Below, piece by piece: positions 58,544-64,000 of a DNA stretch of 64,000 nucleotides (the stretch's first letter is position 1; each line of letters opens with the position of its first letter). Source of the stretch: Paragordius varius (Eukaryota; Animalia; Nematomorpha). The DNA is taken from the NCBI GenBank assembly GCA_964247055.1, contig OZ176054.1, positions 868,001-932,000 of the forward strand. Direction: 5' to 3'. A model generated the notes under the pieces. It was given only the letters and a program-made list of their open reading frames with translations. It was not told where the DNA came from and searched no databases. Position numbers and translations under genes: made by a program.

Positions 58544-60059
58544 AATGTATAAAACTAGTCGCATCAATATTCAAGTTAAAATTTGTCCTTAAAAATCGGA
58601 TATTGGTCACCGGTGAACAAAACTATTTTTTATACATTCTCTTAGTAAGACTACATCAAAATATAGAGATAGTTTGACAAACTCTTTCATATCCGATTTT
58701 TACAACGATACTTTAAAAATTAATGTATAGAACTAGTCGCGTTAAACTTTGTCCTAAAAATTCGTATATTGATCACCAGTGGACAAAATTATTTTTTATA
58801 CATTCTCTTAGTAAGACTACAACAAAATATAGAGATAGTTTGACAAACTCTTTCATATCCGATTTTTACAACGATACTTTAAAAATTAATGTATAAAACT
58901 AATCCCATCAATACTCAAGTTTAACTTTGTCCTTAAAAATCGGATATTGGTCACCGGTGAACAAAATTATTTTTTATACATTCTCTTATTAAGACTACAT
59001 CAAAATATAGAGATAGTTTGACAAACTCTTTCATATCCGATTTTTACAACGATACTTTAAAAATCAATGTATAAAACTAGTCGCGTTAAACTTTGTCCTA
59101 AAAATTGGGATATTGATTACCGGTGAACAAAATTATTTTTTATACATTCTCTTAGTAAGACTACAATAAAGTATAGAGATAGTTTGACAAACTCTTTCAT
59201 ATCCGATTTTTACAACGATACTTTAAATTAATGTATAAAACTAGTCGCATCAATACTCAAGTTAATCTTTGTCCTTAAAAATCGGATATTGGTCACCGGT
59301 GAACAAAATTATTTTTTATACATTCTCTTATTAAGACTACATCAAAATATAGAGATAGTTTGACATACTCTTTCATATCCGATTTTTACAACGATACTTT
59401 AAAAATTAATGTATAGAACTAGTCGCGTTAAACTTTGTCCTAAAAATTCGTATATTGATCACCGGTGAACAAAATTATTTTTTATACATTCTCTTAGTAA
59501 GACTACAATAAAGTATAGAGATAGTTTGACAAACTCTTTCATATCCGATTTTTACAACGATACTTTAAATTAATGTATAAAACTAGTCGCATCAATACTC
59601 AAGTTAATCTTTGTCCTTAAAAATCGGATATTGGTCACCGGTGAACAAAATTATTTTTTATACATTCTCTTATTAAGACTACATCAAAATATAGAGATAG
59701 TTTGACAAACTCTTTCATATCCGATTTTTACAACGATACTTTAAAAATTAATGTATAAAACTAGTCGCATCAATATTCAAGTTAAAATTTGTCCTTAAAA
59801 ATCGGATATTGGTCACCGGTGAACAAAACTATTTTTTATACATTCTCTTAGTAAGACTACATCAAAATATAGAGATAGTTTGACAAATTCTTTCATATCC
59901 AATTTTTACAACGATACTTTAAAAATTAATGTATAAAACTAGTCGCATCAATATTCAAGTTAAAATTTGTCCTTAAAAATCGGATATTGGTCACCGGTGA
60001 ACAAAACTATTTTTTATACATTCTCTTAGTAAGACTACATCAAAATATAGAGATAGTTT

Positions 60060-62277
60060 GACAAACTCTTTCATATCCGATTTTTACAACGATACTTTAA
60101 AAATTAATGTATAGAACTAGTCGCGTTAAACTTTGTCCTAAAAATTCGTATATTGATCACCGGTGAACAAAATTATTTTTTATACATTCTCTTATTAAGA
60201 CTACATCAAAATATAGAGATAGTTTGACAAACTCTTTCATCCGATTTTTACAACGATACTTTAAAAATTAATGTATAAAACTAGTCGCATCAATATTCAA
60301 GTTAAAATTTGTCCTTAAAAATCGGATATTGGTCACCGGTGAACAAAACTCTTTTTTATACATTCTCTTAGTAAGACTACATCAAAATATAGAGATAGTT
60401 TGACAAACTCTTTCATATCCGATTTTTACAACGATACTTTTAAAATTAATATATTAAACTAGTCGCATCAATACTCAAGTTAAACTTTGTCCTTAAAAAT
60501 CGGATATTGGTCACCGGTGAACAAAACGAATTTTTATACATTCTCTTAGTAAGACTACATCAAAATATAGAGATAGTTTGACAAATTCTTTCATATCCAA
60601 TTTTTACAACGATACTTTAAAAATTAATGTATAGAACTAGTCGCGTTAAACTTTGTCCTAAAAATTCGTATATTGATCACCGGTGAACAAAATTATTTTT
60701 TATACATTCTCTTAGTAAGACTACAACAAAATATAGAGATAGTTTGACAAACTCTTTCATATCCGATTTTTACAACGATACTTTAAAAATTAATGTATAA
60801 AACTAGTCCCATCAATACTCAAGTTTAACTTTGTCCTTAAAAATCGGATATTGGTCACCGTTGAACAAAATTATTTTTTATACATTCTCTTATTAAGACT
60901 ACATCAAAATATAGAGATAGTTTGACAAACTCTTTCATATCCGATTTTTACAACGATACTTTTAAAATTAATATATTAAACTAGTCGCATCAATACTCAA
61001 GTTTAACTTTGTCCTTAAAAATCGGATATTGGTCACCGTTGAACAAAATTATTTTTTATACATTCTCTTATTAAGACTACATCAAAATATAGAGATAGTT
61101 TGACAAACTCTTTCATATCCGATTTTTACAACGATACTTTAAAAATTAATGTATAGAACTAGTCGCGTTAAACTTTGTCCTAAAAATTCGTATATTGATC
61201 ACCGGTGAACAAAATTATTTTTTATACATTCTCTTAGTAAGACTACAACAAAATATAGAGATAGTTTGACAAACTCTTTCATATCCGATTTTTACAACGA
61301 TACTTTAAAAATTCATGTATAAAACTAGTCGCATCAATACTCAAGTTAAACTTTGTCCTTAAAAATCGGATATTGGTCGCCGGTGAACAAAACTATTTTT
61401 TATACATTCTCTTAGTAAGACTACATCAAAATATAGAGATAGTTTGACAAACTCTTTCATATCCGATTTTTACAACGATACTTTAAAAATTAATGTATAG
61501 AACTAGTCGCGTTAAACTTTGTCCTAAAAATTCGTATATTGATCACCGGTGAACAAAATTATTTTTTATACATTCTCTTATTAAGACTACATCAAAATAT
61601 AGAGATAGTTTGACAAACTCTTTCATCCGATTTTTACAACGATACTTTAAAAATTAATGTATAAAACTAGTCGCATCAATATTCAAGTTAAAATTTGTCC
61701 TTAAAAATCGGATATTGGTCACCGGTGAACAAAACTCTTTTTTATACATTCTCTTAGTAAGACTACATCAAAATATAGAGATAGTTTGACAAACTCTTTC
61801 ATATCCGATTTTTACAACGATACTTTTAAAATTAATATATTAAACTAGTCGCATCAATACTCAAGTTAAACTTTGTCCTTAAAAATCGGATATTGGTCAC
61901 CGGTGAACAAAACGAATTTTTATACATTCTCTTAGTAAGACTACATCAAAATATAGAGATAGTTTGACAAATTCTTTCATATCCAATTTTTACAACGATA
62001 CTTTAAAAATTAATGTATAGAACTAGTCGCGTTAAACTTTGTCCTAAAAATTCGTATATTGATCACCGGTGAACAAAATTATTTTTTATACATTCTCTTA
62101 GTAAGACTACAACAAAATATAGAGATAGTTTGACAAACTCTTTCATATCCGATTTTTACAACGATACTTTAAAAATTAATGTATAAAACTAGTCCCATCA
62201 ATACTCAAGTTTAACTTTGTCCTTAAAAATCGGATATTGGTCACCGTTGAACAAAATTATTTTTTATACATTCTCTT
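60060..62277. repeat. 1386-bp-period (8-monomer) partial duplication; about 5 monomers match
   Basis: TTTCATCCG 60235/61621; AAAACTCTTT, AAACGAATT and ACCGTTG variants shared. 8x178-36-2=1386. Confidence 0.8.
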
Positions 62278-64000
62278 AGTAAGACTACAACAAAATATAG
62301 AGATAGTTTGACAAACTCTTTCATATCCGATTTTTACAACGATACTTTAAAAATTAATGTATAAAACTAGTCCCATCAATACTCAAGTTTAACTTTGTCC
62401 TTAAAAATCGGATATTGGTCACCGTTGAACAAAATTATTTTTTATACATTCTCTTATTAAGACTACATCAAAATATAGAGATAGTTTGACAAACTCTTTC
62501 ATATCCGATTTTTACAACGATACTTTAAAAATTAATGTATAGAACTAGTCGCGTTAAACTTTGTCCTAAAAATTCGTATATTGATCACCGGTGAACAAAA
62601 TTATTTTTTATACATTCTCTTAGTAAGACTACAACAAAATATAGAGATAGTTTGACAAACTCTTTCATATCCGATTTTTACAACGATACTTTAAAAATTC
62701 ATGTATAAAACTAGTCGCATCAATACTCAAGTTAAACTTTGTCCTTAAAAATCGGATATTGGTCGCCGGTGAACAAAACTATTTTTTATACATTCTCTTA
62801 GTAAGACTACATCAAAATATAGAGATAGTTTGACAAACTCTTTCATATCCGATTTTTACAACGATACTTTAAAAATCAATGTATAAAACTAGTCGCGTTA
62901 AACTTTGTCCTAAAAATTGGGATATTGATTACCGGTGAACAAAATTATTTTTTATACATTCTCTTAGTAAGACTACAATAAAGTATAGAGATAGTTTGAC
63001 AAACTCTTTCATATCCGATTTTTACAACGATACTTTAAATTAATGTATAAAACTAGTCGCATCAATACTCAAGTTAATCTTTGTCCTTAAAAATCGGATA
63101 TTGGTCACCGGTGAACAAAATTATTTTTTATACATTCTCTTATTAAGACTACATCAAAATATAGAGATAGTTTGACAAACTCTTTCATATCCGATTTTTA
63201 CAACGATACTTTAAAAATTAATGTATAGAACTAGTCGCGTTAAACTTTGTCCTAAAAATTCGTATATTGATCACCGGTGAACAAAATTATTTTTTATACA
63301 TTCTCTTAGTAAGACTACAATAAAGTATAGAGATAGTTTGACAAACTCTTTCATCCGATTTTTACAACGATACTTTAAAAATTAATGTATAAAACTAGTC
63401 GCATCAATACTCAAGTTAAACTTTGTCCTTAAAAATCGGATATTGGTCACCGGTGAACAAAACTATTTTTTATACATTCTCTTAGTAAGACTACATCAAA
63501 ATATAGAGATAGTTTATCAAACTCTTTCATATCCGATTTTTACAACGATACTTTAAAAATTAATGTATAGAACTAGTCGCGTTAAACTTTGTCCTAAAAA
63601 TTCGTATATTGATCACCGGTGAACAAAATTATTTTTTATACATTCTCTTAGTAAGACTACAACAAAATATAGAGATAGTTTGACAAACTCTTTCATATCC
63701 GATTTTTACAACGATACTTTAAAAATTAATGTATAAAACTAGTCGCATCAATACTCAAGTTAAACTTTGTCCTTAAAAATCGGATATTGGTCGCCGGTGA
63801 ACAAAACTATTTTTTATACATTCTCTTAGTAAGACTACATCAAAATATAGAGATAGTTTGACAAATCTTTCATATCCGATTTTTACAACGATACTTTAAA
63901 AATTAATGTATAAAACTAGTCGCGTTAAACTTTGTCCTAAAAATTCGGATATTGATCACCGGTGAACAAAATTATTTTTTATACATTCTCTTATTAAGAC

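Larger units (their letters stand above)
1..64000. repeat. Tandem satellite DNA array, 178-bp basic monomer (166- and 191-bp length variants), ~365 head-to-tail copies in one orientation; centromeric/pericentromeric-type organisation, family unidentified
   Basis: GCATCAATACTC recurs at 1, 179, 357, 535 and 713 (period 178). The core GATAGTTTGACAAACTCTTTCATATCCGATTTTTACAACGATACTTTAAA recurs to the end of the window, with no unique sequence seen. First monomer is 50/178 GC. The repeat is seen directly; the centromeric role is inference from monomer size and HOR structure. Confidence 0.99.
22175..64000. repeat. Satellite domain B: mixture, often alternating, of 178-bp long and 166-bp short monomers
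   Basis: Short monomers read CTAGTCGCGTTAAAC (ATCAATACTCAA deleted) and carry linked variants CCTAAAAATTCGTATATTGATC and TACAACAA. Long B monomers often carry AAAACTAT. An A-type segment re-enters at ~25735-26557 through the 4383-bp duplication. Confidence 0.9.

Noticed and set aside
1-64000. CRISPR-like array (regular repeats with a palindromic motif)
   Set aside because: There are no unique spacers, since the entire 178 bp is repeated, and no cas genes.
1-64000. Inverted blocks, transposon insertions, telomeric repeats
   Set aside because: By eye every monomer is in the same orientation and no non-satellite sequence was seen. Reverse-strand matches are limited to the internal 14-bp IR and palindromes.
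1-64000. Promoter, TATA or terminator-like motifs (TATAAAA, T-tracts)
   Set aside because: Expected by chance at 72% AT, repeated in every monomer, and with no associated gene.

Overview
The whole 64 kb is one uninterrupted, single-orientation tandem satellite array: roughly 365 monomers by estimate, with a 178-bp basic unit of 28% GC (50/178 in the first monomer). I find no real genes, RNA genes, transposon insertions, inversions or CRISPR spacers. All 14 supplied ORFs are chance read-throughs of repeat monomers. The size, monomer length and higher-order-repeat (HOR) organisation look like eukaryotic centromeric or pericentromeric satellite, but I cannot name the family or species. The information lies in the variant structure. 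Domain A (1-22174) has 178-bp monomers plus a 191-bp form carrying a 13-bp duplication. Domain B (22175-64000) mixes 178-bp and 166-bp (12-bp deletion) monomers. The A/B boundary is an out-of-register 39-bp junction followed by a cluster of small deletions, and it was later copied by a 4383-bp tandem duplication. A ~1.1-kb B-type block inside domain A (~7070-8212) is nearly identical to sequence 55.7 kb away (~62780-63923) and has been amplified as a hybrid 1562-bp HOR. Coordinates were counted by hand and breakpoints may be off by a few bases.
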